A DNA stretch of 32,000 nt, from contig PBAU01000010.1 of assembly GCA_002716355.1 (NCBI GenBank), positions 30,001 to 62,000 of the forward strand. The letters run 5' to 3'. This document shows, in pieces, positions 9,947-19,125 of the stretch. Both the position numbers and the translations under genes were made by a program. The notes beneath the pieces were generated by a model. The model worked only from the letters and a program-made list of their open reading frames with translations. It was not told the DNA's origin and searched no databases. Source of the DNA: a bacterium (GTDB taxonomy: Bacteria > UBP7 > UBA6624). The stretch's first letter is position 1, and each line of letters starts with the position of its first letter.

Positions 9947-12699
9947 TCACCTAGCTTCTTTATTTTCATGCCAAGCTCAGTAAACTCGTTAATGTTTAGC
10001 TTTTCTGAAATACTCTTTGCTTTTAGAAAAGATTTTTTTGAACTGGCCTTATTTCCAATTTGATATTCAGATTCAGATTGATGGCAAAGCATTTTAGCTA
10101 AGCCAAAATCATCTTTTGATTCCTGGAAGATAAGTTTTGCTTTTTCTAAATATTTTTCAACATTTGGGATATCATTTTTTGCAAGACATAAATCAGCATA
10201 AAAGCAATTAGCCCTACCCTTAATCCAGGCAATATCAATAGTATTTGAAATCTCAACAGCTTGAACTAAATAACTTTCAGCATCTTTTATTTTTTTTAAT
10301 TTCAAAAACAATTCGCCTAAACTTATACAAACAGAAGCAATTCGAAAAGTTTCCTTAGTTTCCTGGTACATCTTTAATGCCTCTAGGTAATAACTCTTTG
10401 CATTTTCAAAATCATCTCTATAAAATGCTATAAAACCAAGGTAGGTGCAGCAAAAACCAATCCCTGTAAAATTATCCAAATCTTCAAAAAGACCCATTGC
10501 TTCTACATATCTTTCATGAGCCTGATCGAAATCTCCATCATTAAAATTTATATTTGCAAGATTTGCAAGAATCACACCTTTATTTTCATAGCCAAAACCC
10601 TTTTTCTTAATCACGCTTAAAGCCTTCAAATAACTTTCTTCAGCATTCTCATGTTTATGAAATTCCATATTAAAGTCACCAAGGCTTGAAAGCACTCTCA
10701 CCTGACCTTCAAAATCATCATTTCCTTCATAGAAGCTCAAAGAAAAACAAAGCCTTGATTTTGTTTTTTGACTAGGGTTAAACCTTATTGAAACTATGCC
10801 GTATAGCTCATTGATTAAAGCTTTAGATGGTTCGGAAAGATTGTTTTTGCTAATCGCTAGATCAAAAGCTTTTTCAAGCTGTTTAAGAGAGCCTAGGCTA
10901 AAAAAAGTTTCCAAGAGGATGGTTGAAATGCTTTTCAGCTCCAAATCATTACCTAAATCACATGCGTGTTGAAATGCTTTCATAAGATTGCCCGAATCAT
11001 AAAAAAACTGCTCTCTTTTTAATTTAAACTTCGAACCTCTAAATATCTTTTGCACCTTATCTCTTTCTTTAAATTTTAAATAATAGCCAATAAAGCTCTT
11101 TTTCAAATCCATTTTCTGAGAGCTTGAAAAAGTGCTTTCAAATCTCTCCTCAATAAACTCTTTCACAGATTCATAAATCTTCACTGTCTCGAAATTACCC
11201 TCATGCACATCTACACAAATTAAACTTTTCTCTCTTAGTGACTGAAGGATTTCAATTGCCATAAAGTCAAAATGAGAATCAAGGCATTTCTCTACCAGTT
11301 CAAGACTTGAATCTGAATTAAAAATAGCCATTGCAGCAAACATCTTCCTTTCATCATCACCCAACAGCTCCCAAGACCAATTAATTGTTGCAAAAAGAGT
11401 CTTCTGCCTATCAGGTAAATCCTGCCTCTTGCTAGCTAATATCTTGAAACTTTCCTGCAATCTTCTTAAAATACTCTTTAGCGAAAGGAGATTTACTCTT
11501 GATGCCGCTAATTCAATTGCAAGTGGTGAAAAATCAACTTTTTTAACTATTTTTTTAACTGTATCAAAATCACCATCTTTAAAATCTCGAGAATTTATTT
11601 TTGTTGCTCGATCTACAAAAAGATCAAAAGCATCAGAAGGATCCAATGGAGAAAGGTTTAAAACTTTTTCCTCTTTAACTTTAATTAAATCCCTACTCGT
11701 TAAAATCATAAAAATATTTTTAAGCGGCAAAAAAACACCCAAAATCAATTTGGCAATTTCTTCTGAAACCTGTTCCACATTATCAAAAATCAATAAAACA
11801 TCATCAAGCTGAGAAAAATGCGCTGCAAGCGTCTCAAAACAATCTTCCTCTGAATTTAAATTTAAATTTGATATTGAAAAAATTTTCTTAAGCAAAGAAA
11901 GAATCGAATCCATATCTTTACAATTTGACAAATCAATGAACCAGACTCCATCATTTGCTTGAAATTTTTTTAAATTTCTTATTGCAAACTCTTTAGCAAG
12001 ACTTGTTTTTCCAGTTCCACCTGGCCCAAAAACATTAATCAATCTAGTGTTTTGATCTAGAAGATCTTTTAAAAGCTTCATTTCGTCATTCCTTCCAAAA
12101 AAATCTTGCGAACGTGCTTTTATATTTGTTTTAGACCTCTCGTCAAGATTCAGTCGATCAAATCTTCTTTGAGAAAGCACTTTCGGTAAAACCTGAATCA
12201 AAAAAGTTTTTTCTTTTTCTTCAAGAATGTAAACGAAACCTTTTTCTTCAAAAACAGAATCTTCCGACAATCTGCTTTCCACAAAATGAAAAAAATCTCT
12301 TGAAACTAAAGTTTGTCCAGGGTTACATATTTTGGAAATCTCTTCAGATACTTGAATGCTGTTTTCTGAAGAGTCTATGCCAATCTTAACCCTGAAACCT
12401 CTATAGCTTCCATCTTCACAGCCTTCTTCAATGTTTATCAATGATTGCGGCCAAGCCAATTCAAATAAACCTACCTGTATTGAATTTGCAAATCTTAAAG
12501 CCTGAAATGGGTCCTTGAAAAGGATAACATTTTTTTGCTCCTTGGAATAAAGACTTTCTCCGTTAAACCAGTTAATATACTGTTCAATGAAATCTTGATA
12601 AACCTTTAAAGCCTTCCAGATATCATCTCCAATTTTGTCTTTTATTTTTGTATAAGATTCAATATCTATACAAATACAAAATTTTGAATTTTTATTCAT
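9934..12699 (-). CDS. STAND/NB-ARC-type P-loop NTPase with an N-terminal class III cyclase-homology-like domain and C-terminal TPR repeats
   Basis: N-terminal ~175 aa: CICIDIESYT, FRVKIGIDSS, NPGQTLVSRDFF (cyclase-like). Walker A GPGGTGKT (nt 12004-12027), Walker B LLIFDNVE, NB-ARC-like FSPLAIELAA, then ~400 aa of TPR-like repeats (A..YY.EAL..Y pattern). The ATG directly abuts the stop of the upstream GT2 gene (TGAATG on the minus strand). Confidence 0.75.
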   Translation of the reverse strand: MNKNSKFCICIDIESYTKIKDKIGDDIWKALKVYQDFIEQYINWFNGESLYSKEQKNVILFKDPFQALRFANSIQVGLFELAWPQSLINIEEGCEDGSYRGFRVKIGIDSSENSIQVSEEISKICNPGQTLVSRDFFHFVESRLSEDSVFEEKGFVYILEEKEKTFLIQVLPKVLSQRRFDRLNLDERSKTNIKARSQDFFGRNDEMKLLKDLLDQNTRLINVFGPGGTGKTSLAKEFAIRNLKKFQANDGVWFIDLSNCKDMDSILSLLKKIFSISNLNLNSEEDCFETLAAHFSQLDDVLLIFDNVEQVSEEIAKLILGVFLPLKNIFMILTSRDLIKVKEEKVLNLSPLDPSDAFDLFVDRATKINSRDFKDGDFDTVKKIVKKVDFSPLAIELAASRVNLLSLKSILRRLQESFKILASKRQDLPDRQKTLFATINWSWELLGDDERKMFAAMAIFNSDSSLELVEKCLDSHFDFMAIEILQSLREKSLICVDVHEGNFETVKIYESVKEFIEERFESTFSSSQKMDLKKSFIGYYLKFKERDKVQKIFRGSKFKLKREQFFYDSGNLMKAFQHACDLGNDLELKSISTILLETFFSLGSLKQLEKAFDLAISKNNLSEPSKALINELYGIVSIRFNPSQKTKSRLCFSLSFYEGNDDFEGQVRVLSSLGDFNMEFHKHENAEESYLKALSVIKKKGFGYENKGVILANLANINFNDGDFDQAHERYVEAMGLFEDLDNFTGIGFCCTYLGFIAFYRDDFENAKSYYLEALKMYQETKETFRIASVCISLGELFLKLKKIKDAESYLVQAVEISNTIDIAWIKGRANCFYADLCLAKNDIPNVEKYLEKAKLIFQESKDDFGLAKMLCHQSESEYQIGNKASSKKSFLKAKSISEKLNINEFTELGMKIKKLGDYFS

Positions 12700-13422
12700 T
12701 CAGCAATTATCATTAACCCCTATAAATCTTTCTTTGATCGTCAAAAGACAAAGCATCCAAAATGCCTCTTGAGCATGCTTTGCACTCATTTTGCTTTGAC
12801 CTTTTGTTCTTTCAATAAAAATTATTGGAGACTCTTTTACCTTGAAGCCAGCTCTTGTAGATCTCCACTTGTATTCAATAAGATAACCATAACCCTGTGT
12901 TTGAATAGCACAAAGCTCTAAATTCAAAGGAACATCAATCTTCATAGCCATAAAACCACTAGTTAAATCAGATATCTCGATTCTTAACATCTTCCTTGCG
13001 AGAAAATTAGCAAATAAAGATATTGCGATTCTCTGTATGGGCCAATTGACAACACTAACGCCATTCATATATCTTGACCCAACAATTAAATCATTTTCTT
13101 TAAGCTCTGATAACAATTTATCAATGTATTCAGGAGGGTGTGAGCCATCTGCATCCATGGTTACGACATTCTTGTAACCTTTCTCTATTGCAAATCTAAA
13201 ACCATCCATCTCAGAATTTGCAAATGATCTCCGATCTGATCTAACTAAAATAGTTAACCTTTTATTTTTTATGATTCCTTCTATCTTTTCTACTGTTCCA
13301 TCTTTTGACCTATCGTCAACCACCAACACATCAATCTTTTTGTTTTCTAAAATCTTCTTTATTAAGCCCGGAGCCGTTTCTGCCTCGTTGTAACAAGGAA
13401 GTATTACTAGTGTTTCATTCAT
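12700..13422 (-). CDS. GT2 family polyprenyl-phosphate sugar synthase (dolichyl-phosphate mannosyltransferase/ArnC-like)
   Basis: LVILPCYNEAE, VLVVDDRSKDGT and TMDADGSHPPEYI are typical of DPM1/Ppm1/ArnC-like GT2 enzymes. At ~240 aa it has no membrane anchor. Confidence 0.8.
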   Translation of the reverse strand: MNETLVILPCYNEAETAPGLIKKILENKKIDVLVVDDRSKDGTVEKIEGIIKNKRLTILVRSDRRSFANSEMDGFRFAIEKGYKNVVTMDADGSHPPEYIDKLLSELKENDLIVGSRYMNGVSVVNWPIQRIAISLFANFLARKMLRIEISDLTSGFMAMKIDVPLNLELCAIQTQGYGYLIEYKWRSTRAGFKVKESPIIFIERTKGQSKMSAKHAQEAFWMLCLLTIKERFIGVNDNC

Positions 13423-14320
13423 TTTTAAACATCTTTTTATCCATTTTAAATTCTTCTACCAAAACCATAATAATAGATATTGCCACTATTCCGACTCCAA
13501 TCCACTTTTGCGTAAGCATATTGTCTCCAAGTAATGCAATTCCGAAAAATATAGCAAATGGAGCTTCAAGAGTTAACAAAATTGCACTACTGGAAGAAGA
13601 TAAAATTCTTTGTGCCCAAACCTGTAAAACAAATGTTACTGCACTAACAACTATACCTAGAAAAATTAATGAAGACCAATCTCCAGACTCAGGAAAAGAG
13701 AGTTTGCCATCAAATAAAAAAGATGAAAAAAAACTAAAAGAACAGATAGCGAACATTTGTATAGACGTAAATTTAAAAACATTATAAAGTTTAGATTTTT
13801 TGGCAATATAAATAATATGGCCCGCATAAGCAACGGCACATCCAAGAGTTAAAAAATCACCTCTGTTTGAAAACAAAGAATCAAAATTCAAACCTTCTGC
13901 CAAAATGAAGAACAAACCAAAAAATGCTAAGAAACAAGCAAAGAAAGACTTTCGAGAAACGTTTTTCTTATCTAAAAAAAATGCAATTAAAGGTGTAAAA
14001 ACAACATAAAAAACTGTAATTATTCCAGAATTAACAACACTTGTATACTTCAATCCAAAAGTTTGAAAAACATAACCTACAAATAACAAAAAACCAGCAA
14101 TCATTCCATCTTTCCATATTTTTTTATCACCCATGTGAAAAAAATTAGAGGATCGAAAACATAAAGCCAGAACGATAAAAGCAATTAAAAATCGCCAAAA
14201 CAACAACTCAAATACTGAAAAAGAATCTAACTGATTCTTCATTACAACAAAAGCATATCCCCATATCAACCCAACAAGAACCAATGCCAAAGACGCTCTA
14301 GTTTTAATGCTTGAAAACAT
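13415..14320 (-). CDS. EamA/DMT superfamily transporter (10-TM type)
   Basis: 301 aa and hydrophobic throughout, with a two-fold internal repeat pattern. Typical EamA segments (ALVLVGLIWGYAFVVMK, GFLLFVGYVFQTFGLKYTS, LLTLEAPFAIFFGIALLGD). The 3' end overlaps the GT2 start by 8 bp. Confidence 0.8.
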   Translation of the reverse strand: MFSSIKTRASLALVLVGLIWGYAFVVMKNQLDSFSVFELLFWRFLIAFIVLALCFRSSNFFHMGDKKIWKDGMIAGFLLFVGYVFQTFGLKYTSVVNSGIITVFYVVFTPLIAFFLDKKNVSRKSFFACFLAFFGLFFILAEGLNFDSLFSNRGDFLTLGCAVAYAGHIIYIAKKSKLYNVFKFTSIQMFAICSFSFFSSFLFDGKLSFPESGDWSSLIFLGIVVSAVTFVLQVWAQRILSSSSSAILLTLEAPFAIFFGIALLGDNMLTQKWIGVGIVAISIIMVLVEEFKMDKKMFKNE

Positions 14321-14357
14321 AAGGCTACTCTATATTCAATTTTTTACAACTTAAAAA

Positions 14358-16415
14358 CTAACTGGCTGAATGTGATATCTTTGCTTTAATGTGTTCAGGT
14401 ACTTTTTCATATTTCAAAAATTCCATACTTGATGTACCAGTACCACTTGTAACATTCCTTAAAACAGTTGTATAGCCAAATGTTTCTGACAATGGCAAAT
14501 GAACCTTAATAACTCTTGTTCCATCATCCAATATTTTAGTATCATAGACAAGACCTCTTCTTTTTTCTAGATCACCAAGAACAACACCGACATGATCTTC
14601 TCTGACCATCACCTCTGCATCCATAATAGGCTCAAGCAATAAAGGTGACGCTTTCATAAAGGCTTTTCTAAAAGCATCTACGGCGGCAATCTTAAAAGCG
14701 ATTTCAGACGAATCAACTTCATGGTAACTACCATCAAGGAGCTTAAGATGAAAATCTATAACTTTATAACCTGCAATAGAGCCATTAAGTGCTGCTTCTT
14801 TCACGCCTTGAAGAACAGCTTTATGATAATCTTTTGGAACAGAACCACCCTTTGTCAGGTCTTCTAATTCTAAAATCTGATCCTTGTCTTTCTTTTTGGG
14901 CTCTATCTCAATAACAACATGACCATATTGCCCCCTTCCCCCACTCTGTCTAACATATCTTCCCTCTGCGGTGCTTGAAGCAGATATCGATTCCCTATAT
15001 GAAACTTTCGGCTTGCCAACATTTGTGTCTAATTTAAACTCCCTAAGCAATCTACTAACTATTATGTCAAGATGCAACTCTCCCATTCCAGAAATTACCG
15101 TTTGTCCTGTTTCAGGATCAACAGAAAACTTAAATGAAGGATCTTCCTCACTTAATTTCGATAAAGATTCACCTAACTTGTCCAAATCAGCAGTTTTTTT
15201 AGGTTCCAAAGATATAGAAATAACAGGATCGGGAAAAACAACTCTTGAAAGTGAAAGAGAGTTTCCCTTATTTGTCATAGTGTCTCCAGTTGTAAAACTC
15301 TTTGCGCCAATAACCGCCCCAATATCACCTGGGCCAAGCTCTTCGATATCCTCTCTTCTATCAGCATTCATCCTTAGGAGCCTTCCAACCCTTTCAGTCT
15401 TGCCAGTTCTTGGGTTGTAAATTTGATCTTTCGATTTGAGCGTTCCAGAATATATTCTTACAAAAATCAATTTACCTACAAATGGATCTGTAGCAACCTT
15501 AAAAGCCAATGCTGATAAATTTTCATCATGAACATTTAGAGAGGTTTCATCTCCATTTTTATCATAAGCAGGAATCTTTTCAATATCAATAGGGCTTGGA
15601 AGGTAGTCTATAATTCCATCCAAAAGCATCTGAACACCTTTATTTTTCAAACTAGAACCACAAAAAACAGGAACAATGCCTTGTTTGATCGTTGCAGTTC
15701 TTATTGCTTTTTTCATTAAAAAAGATGGGATTTCTTTCTCGTCAAGGTATAAAGTCATAAGCTCATCGTCAAATTCTGCTAAAGAATCAAGAAGCATGCT
15801 TCTTGCCAGGAAAGATTCATCTTTCAACTCTTCCGGAATTGCGATTTCATTAAAATTTAAGCCATTCTCATCTACATACTCATAAGCTTTCATTTCAATA
15901 AGATCTATAAGCCCAGTAAACTCTGCTTCAGATCCAATTGGCATCTGAATGGGAATTGCATTTGATTTAAGTTTTTCATTTATTGAATGAACTGCATTTT
16001 CAAAATTGGCACCTGTTCTGTCCATCTTGTTAATAAAAACAACTCTAGGAACATTGTTTCTTGTGGCCTGCCTCCAAACAGTTTCGGATTGAGGTTGGAC
16101 GCCCTCAACTGCACTCACTATAACAACAGCTCCATCAAGAACCCTAAGTGCTCTTTCAACCTCTATCGTAAAATCTACGTGACCAGGTGTATCTATTATG
16201 TTAATTTGATGATCCTTCCATTCTGTTGTAGTTGCAGCAGAAGTTATAGTTATACCTCGTTCTTGCTCTAGCTCCATCCAATCCATAGTCGCTGTACCAT
16301 CATGGACCTCACCTAACCTATGAAGTCTTCCAGAATAAAAAAGAACTCTTTCTGAGGTTGTTGTCTTTCCAGCATCTATATGTGCAATAAAACCAATATT
16401 TCTAATATTTTTCAT
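14358..16415 (-). CDS. fusA: Elongation factor G
   Basis: G1 [10 protein letters not shown]2 region [11 protein letters not shown]3 DTPGHVDF, G4 NKMDR. Full five-domain length (685 aa). Confidence 0.95.
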   Translation of the reverse strand: MKNIRNIGFIAHIDAGKTTTSERVLFYSGRLHRLGEVHDGTATMDWMELEQERGITITSAATTTEWKDHQINIIDTPGHVDFTIEVERALRVLDGAVVIVSAVEGVQPQSETVWRQATRNNVPRVVFINKMDRTGANFENAVHSINEKLKSNAIPIQMPIGSEAEFTGLIDLIEMKAYEYVDENGLNFNEIAIPEELKDESFLARSMLLDSLAEFDDELMTLYLDEKEIPSFLMKKAIRTATIKQGIVPVFCGSSLKNKGVQMLLDGIIDYLPSPIDIEKIPAYDKNGDETSLNVHDENLSALAFKVATDPFVGKLIFVRIYSGTLKSKDQIYNPRTGKTERVGRLLRMNADRREDIEELGPGDIGAVIGAKSFTTGDTMTNKGNSLSLSRVVFPDPVISISLEPKKTADLDKLGESLSKLSEEDPSFKFSVDPETGQTVISGMGELHLDIIVSRLLREFKLDTNVGKPKVSYRESISASSTAEGRYVRQSGGRGQYGHVVIEIEPKKKDKDQILELEDLTKGGSVPKDYHKAVLQGVKEAALNGSIAGYKVIDFHLKLLDGSYHEVDSSEIAFKIAAVDAFRKAFMKASPLLLEPIMDAEVMVREDHVGVVLGDLEKRRGLVYDTKILDDGTRVIKVHLPLSETFGYTTVLRNVTSGTGTSSMEFLKYEKVPEHIKAKISHSAS

Positions 16416-16431
16416 AATGTAAAAATAAAAA

Positions 16432-16809
16432 TTACTCTTCGTAATTTTCCAAAACTGAATGGATTTGATTCAATTCATCATTTGTTGAATTCATAAGACT
16501 CGCCAGATTATAACCATTTCTATTGTCCATGTATGCTAATAAATCTAATAATTTAAACCTTCTTTGATTTCCAGCAGTTCTATGACATCTAAGAATGCCT
16601 GCCTCGGTATCCCGTCTTATAGTAGTGTGTGAAACACCTAGAAGCAATGCAGCTTGTTGCATTGTTAATTCAGGATTCAACAAGTCAATTATCAATTTTT
16701 TACGAGCGTTTAAACGAGACAGAGCTTTAGCGTATTCCGCTTTTCTGCGGTCATTTTTGGCTAAACTCTGCTTAAGGTTTTCTGATGTAGAAGTATTATC
16801 AAGTTTCAT
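16432..16809 (-). CDS. Small helix-turn-helix DNA-binding protein (MerR-N/excisionase HTH_17-like)
   Basis: [43 protein letters not shown] matches the excisionase-family/MerR-type HTH pattern. A charged N-terminal tail is present. The start overlaps the acyP stop (ATGA). Confidence 0.65.
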   Translation of the reverse strand: MKLDNTSTSENLKQSLAKNDRRKAEYAKALSRLNARKKLIIDLLNPELTMQQAALLLGVSHTTIRRDTEAGILRCHRTAGNQRRFKLLDLLAYMDNRNGYNLASLMNSTNDELNQIHSVLENYEE

Positions 16810-17087
16810 TCAGAAGAGGTTGGTAGTATTTCAAAACCCAATCCTAAATCTTCTTTAACTTCCCTCGAATCGACTTCATCGACTCTACTTGAAGGAGGTC
16901 CTTTTTTGAGCAAACTTTTCATTTTTGCAAGATCTTTATCTGATCCTTCCAAAACAACTTCAACATCACCGTTAAGCATATTTCGAGTAGTACCTGAAAG
17001 TCCTAAATTTATGGCCTGTGTTCTAGTAAACCACCTGAAACCAACACCTTGGACCCTACCTTTAACTTCAAATTTTCTTGTCGGCAT
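16806..17087 (-). CDS. acyP: Acylphosphatase
   Basis: 93 aa with the diagnostic VKGRVQGVGFRWFT phosphate-binding loop and GDVEVVLEG. Confidence 0.85.
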   Translation of the reverse strand: MPTRKFEVKGRVQGVGFRWFTRTQAINLGLSGTTRNMLNGDVEVVLEGSDKDLAKMKSLLKKGPPSSRVDEVDSREVKEDLGLGFEILPTSSE

Positions 17088-17114
17088 AGTGACACATATA
17101 TTAACCGATTTTCT

Positions 17115-17142
17115 TACAGTACCTTTAGGTACTGTATTTTTT
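17115..17142 (+). terminator. Perfect 9-bp stem / 4-nt loop hairpin followed by T6 (terminator-like on the + strand; alternatively an operator)
   Basis: tacagtacc (17115-17123), ttta, ggtactgta (17128-17136), then tttttt (17137-17142). It lies in the 63-bp spacer between two minus-strand genes. On the minus strand the hairpin is followed by AAGAAAAUCGG, not a U-tract. Confidence 0.35.
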
Positions 17143-17150
17143 AGGTAGAT

Positions 17151-17879
17151 TTATTTTTTATAAACCTGCCAACCATGCACTCTTTTTTTAATAGATTGCG
17201 GCAGTGAATTCTTCCAAGTTTCATAATCTGGCAAGCTTCCAGAAAAAACCAAAACATTAGCAGCTTCTTTTGTTTGCTTGATGCAAAGATTGCCAAACTC
17301 AGCAATTATCAAATCACAAACATCCAAACATTTTTTATTCTTACCAGAAAGGTTAACCATTAACCTTCCATTTGGAGCAATTTGCTTTTTGATACTTTTC
17401 CATGTTTGAGGATTTTGTAAACTTGAAAGAAAAGAACCATCTAAAAACAAATCAACAATAATCAAAGAATAAGAACCTGAATTAAAAAAACTCTCAGATA
17501 GAGCATTATCTATATTGATTTTTACATTTTCTTCATCAGCTAATCCAAAAAAGCATCTAGCAATATCAACCAGATCTGGATCAATCTCCCAGCAATTTAA
17601 TTTTAAATATGGCCAATATTTCCTATACAGATACACTGTAGTTGCCCCACCTAAACCCAAAATAGCAATTTTGCCTTTTCCTATAATTGGAGGCATTATG
17701 CAAAAATCATCCCAATAAGATTCAGTGCTAATCATCCCGTGCTTGTATATCGAATGAATATTGGAACTTTTATCTAGATAAAGAAGATTTGTACCATCCT
17801 TTTCCTGAACGACTTTAATATCATTAAAATCGTTCTTTCTTCTCAGTAAAACTTTATCTCTTTTCCAGGGCCAGAACAT
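17151..17879 (-). CDS. Spermidine synthase-like SAM-dependent transferase family protein
   Basis: IAILGLGGATTVYLYRKYWP...CWEIDPDLVDIARCFFGL and LIIVDLF match the spermine/spermidine synthase-like Rossmann pattern. The start overlaps the hflX 3' end by 26 bp. Confidence 0.6.
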   Translation of the reverse strand: MFWPWKRDKVLLRRKNDFNDIKVVQEKDGTNLLYLDKSSNIHSIYKHGMISTESYWDDFCIMPPIIGKGKIAILGLGGATTVYLYRKYWPYLKLNCWEIDPDLVDIARCFFGLADEENVKINIDNALSESFFNSGSYSLIIVDLFLDGSFLSSLQNPQTWKSIKKQIAPNGRLMVNLSGKNKKCLDVCDLIIAEFGNLCIKQTKEAANVLVFSGSLPDYETWKNSLPQSIKKRVHGWQVYKK

Positions 17880-19107
17880 AATTCTTGAAATAGCTTAATA
17901 AATTTTCTGAAATAACAATTGTGTAAACCATGCCATCATTTTTTAATTCTTGATCCAGAATATAACATTCAGCATGAATGATTTTGAACAAATCATCTCT
18001 ATCAAATGGAACAAATACTCTTATTTTTTCGCGTCTATTCATTATCCATTTTTCCAAGTTATCAAAAATTTGACTTAATCCATATTTTGTTTTTGCAGAC
18101 ATATAGTGAACATTATCACCCTTAATGATCTTCAATATCGAATCATCCTTCACAAGATCAACCTTATTGAAAAGATACCATTTTTCTTTATTTGAAACAT
18201 TTAAATCTTCTAATATTTGATTTGTAACCTGTATTTGCGATTGAATATCCTCTCTAGAAGAGTCAACAACATGCCAAATCAAATCGGCTTCATTCAACTC
18301 TGAAAGAGTGGATCTAAAACTAGCAACTAAGCTTGGTGGTAAGTTTTTAATAAATCCAACAGTATCACTCAATAAAATCTTCTGATTTAATATTTTAAAA
18401 ATTTTACTTGTTGAATCCAAGGTTGAAAAAAGTCGATCTTCTGATAGGACACCGGCACTTGTCGCTAAATTCATAAAAGTAGATTTTCCAGCATTTGTAT
18501 AACCTACCAAGGCTACCTTTATAAGGTTTTTTCTTGACTTTCTTCTTTCCACTCCCAACTTCTCTATATTCGTCAACTTTTTATCCAATACTGAAATTCT
18601 TTTTCTTATCTGTCTTTTATCTGATTCAAGTTGTGTTTCTCCAGGGCCTCTAACACCTATACCACCTGCCTGTCTAGATAAATGTGTCCACATTCTTGTC
18701 AGTCTCGGTAAAGTATAGCTCAACTGTGCTCTTTCAACTTGAATTTTAGATTCTGCAGTTCTTGCATTTTGAGAAAATAAATCAAGTATCAATTTTGTCC
18801 TATCTATAACCTTGCATGTAACATACTTTTCTATGCTTAAAATATTTCTCAAATTTAGCGATTCTGAAAAAACCACAAAGTCAGAATTAGAAGACTTTAC
18901 TAATCTTTGAATTTTTTGCAATTGACCTTTTCCCAGAAAAGGCCTTTTGTTTGGAATATTAAAAATTAAAGATTCAACAATTTCTCCACCTACAGAATTA
19001 ACAAGATTGGAAATCTCTTCAATCTCCAAGTTTCCTTCAATCTTGTTTGGCCTTCTGTTTACCAAGACAGAAATTCCCCTCTCTATTTTTTTATTTTTAT
19101 TGAACAA
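17854..19107 (-). CDS. hflX: GTPase HflX
   Basis: HflX N-terminal domain with the AESKIQVERAQL / GPGETQLESDKR signature. G domain VALVGYTNAGKSTFMN, DTVGF, NKVD. TTG start at 19107; there is no in-frame ATG nearby. Confidence 0.9.
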   Translation of the reverse strand: MFNKNKKIERGISVLVNRRPNKIEGNLEIEEISNLVNSVGGEIVESLIFNIPNKRPFLGKGQLQKIQRLVKSSNSDFVVFSESLNLRNILSIEKYVTCKVIDRTKLILDLFSQNARTAESKIQVERAQLSYTLPRLTRMWTHLSRQAGGIGVRGPGETQLESDKRQIRKRISVLDKKLTNIEKLGVERRKSRKNLIKVALVGYTNAGKSTFMNLATSAGVLSEDRLFSTLDSTSKIFKILNQKILLSDTVGFIKNLPPSLVASFRSTLSELNEADLIWHVVDSSREDIQSQIQVTNQILEDLNVSNKEKWYLFNKVDLVKDDSILKIIKGDNVHYMSAKTKYGLSQIFDNLEKWIMNRREKIRVFVPFDRDDLFKIIHAECYILDQELKNDGMVYTIVISENLLSYFKNYVLALEKR

Positions 19108-19125
19108 TGGTTTAAACTATATCTT

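Noticed and set aside
11429-11812. Antisense or alternative-frame ORFs inside long genes (e.g. 251-442, 929-1129, 4190-4447, 5934-6143, 6159-6473, 6573-6848, 7395-7625, 8004-8231, 9049-9516, 11429-11812, 13305-13787, 14971-15420, 15676-16271, 16595-17148, 17515-17718, 18947-19159, 19487-20518, 22496-22993, 23211-25081, 29942-30154)
   Set aside because: Each lies within a longer ORF that has clear family motifs. Their peptides are S/L/F/K-rich, as expected from AT-rich antisense translation, and none shows a recognisable motif.
16432-16809. Excisionase-like HTH as a prophage or integrative-element remnant
   Set aside because: It is embedded between acyP and fusA with overlapping or short junctions. 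There is no integrase, and no repeats or phage genes nearby.
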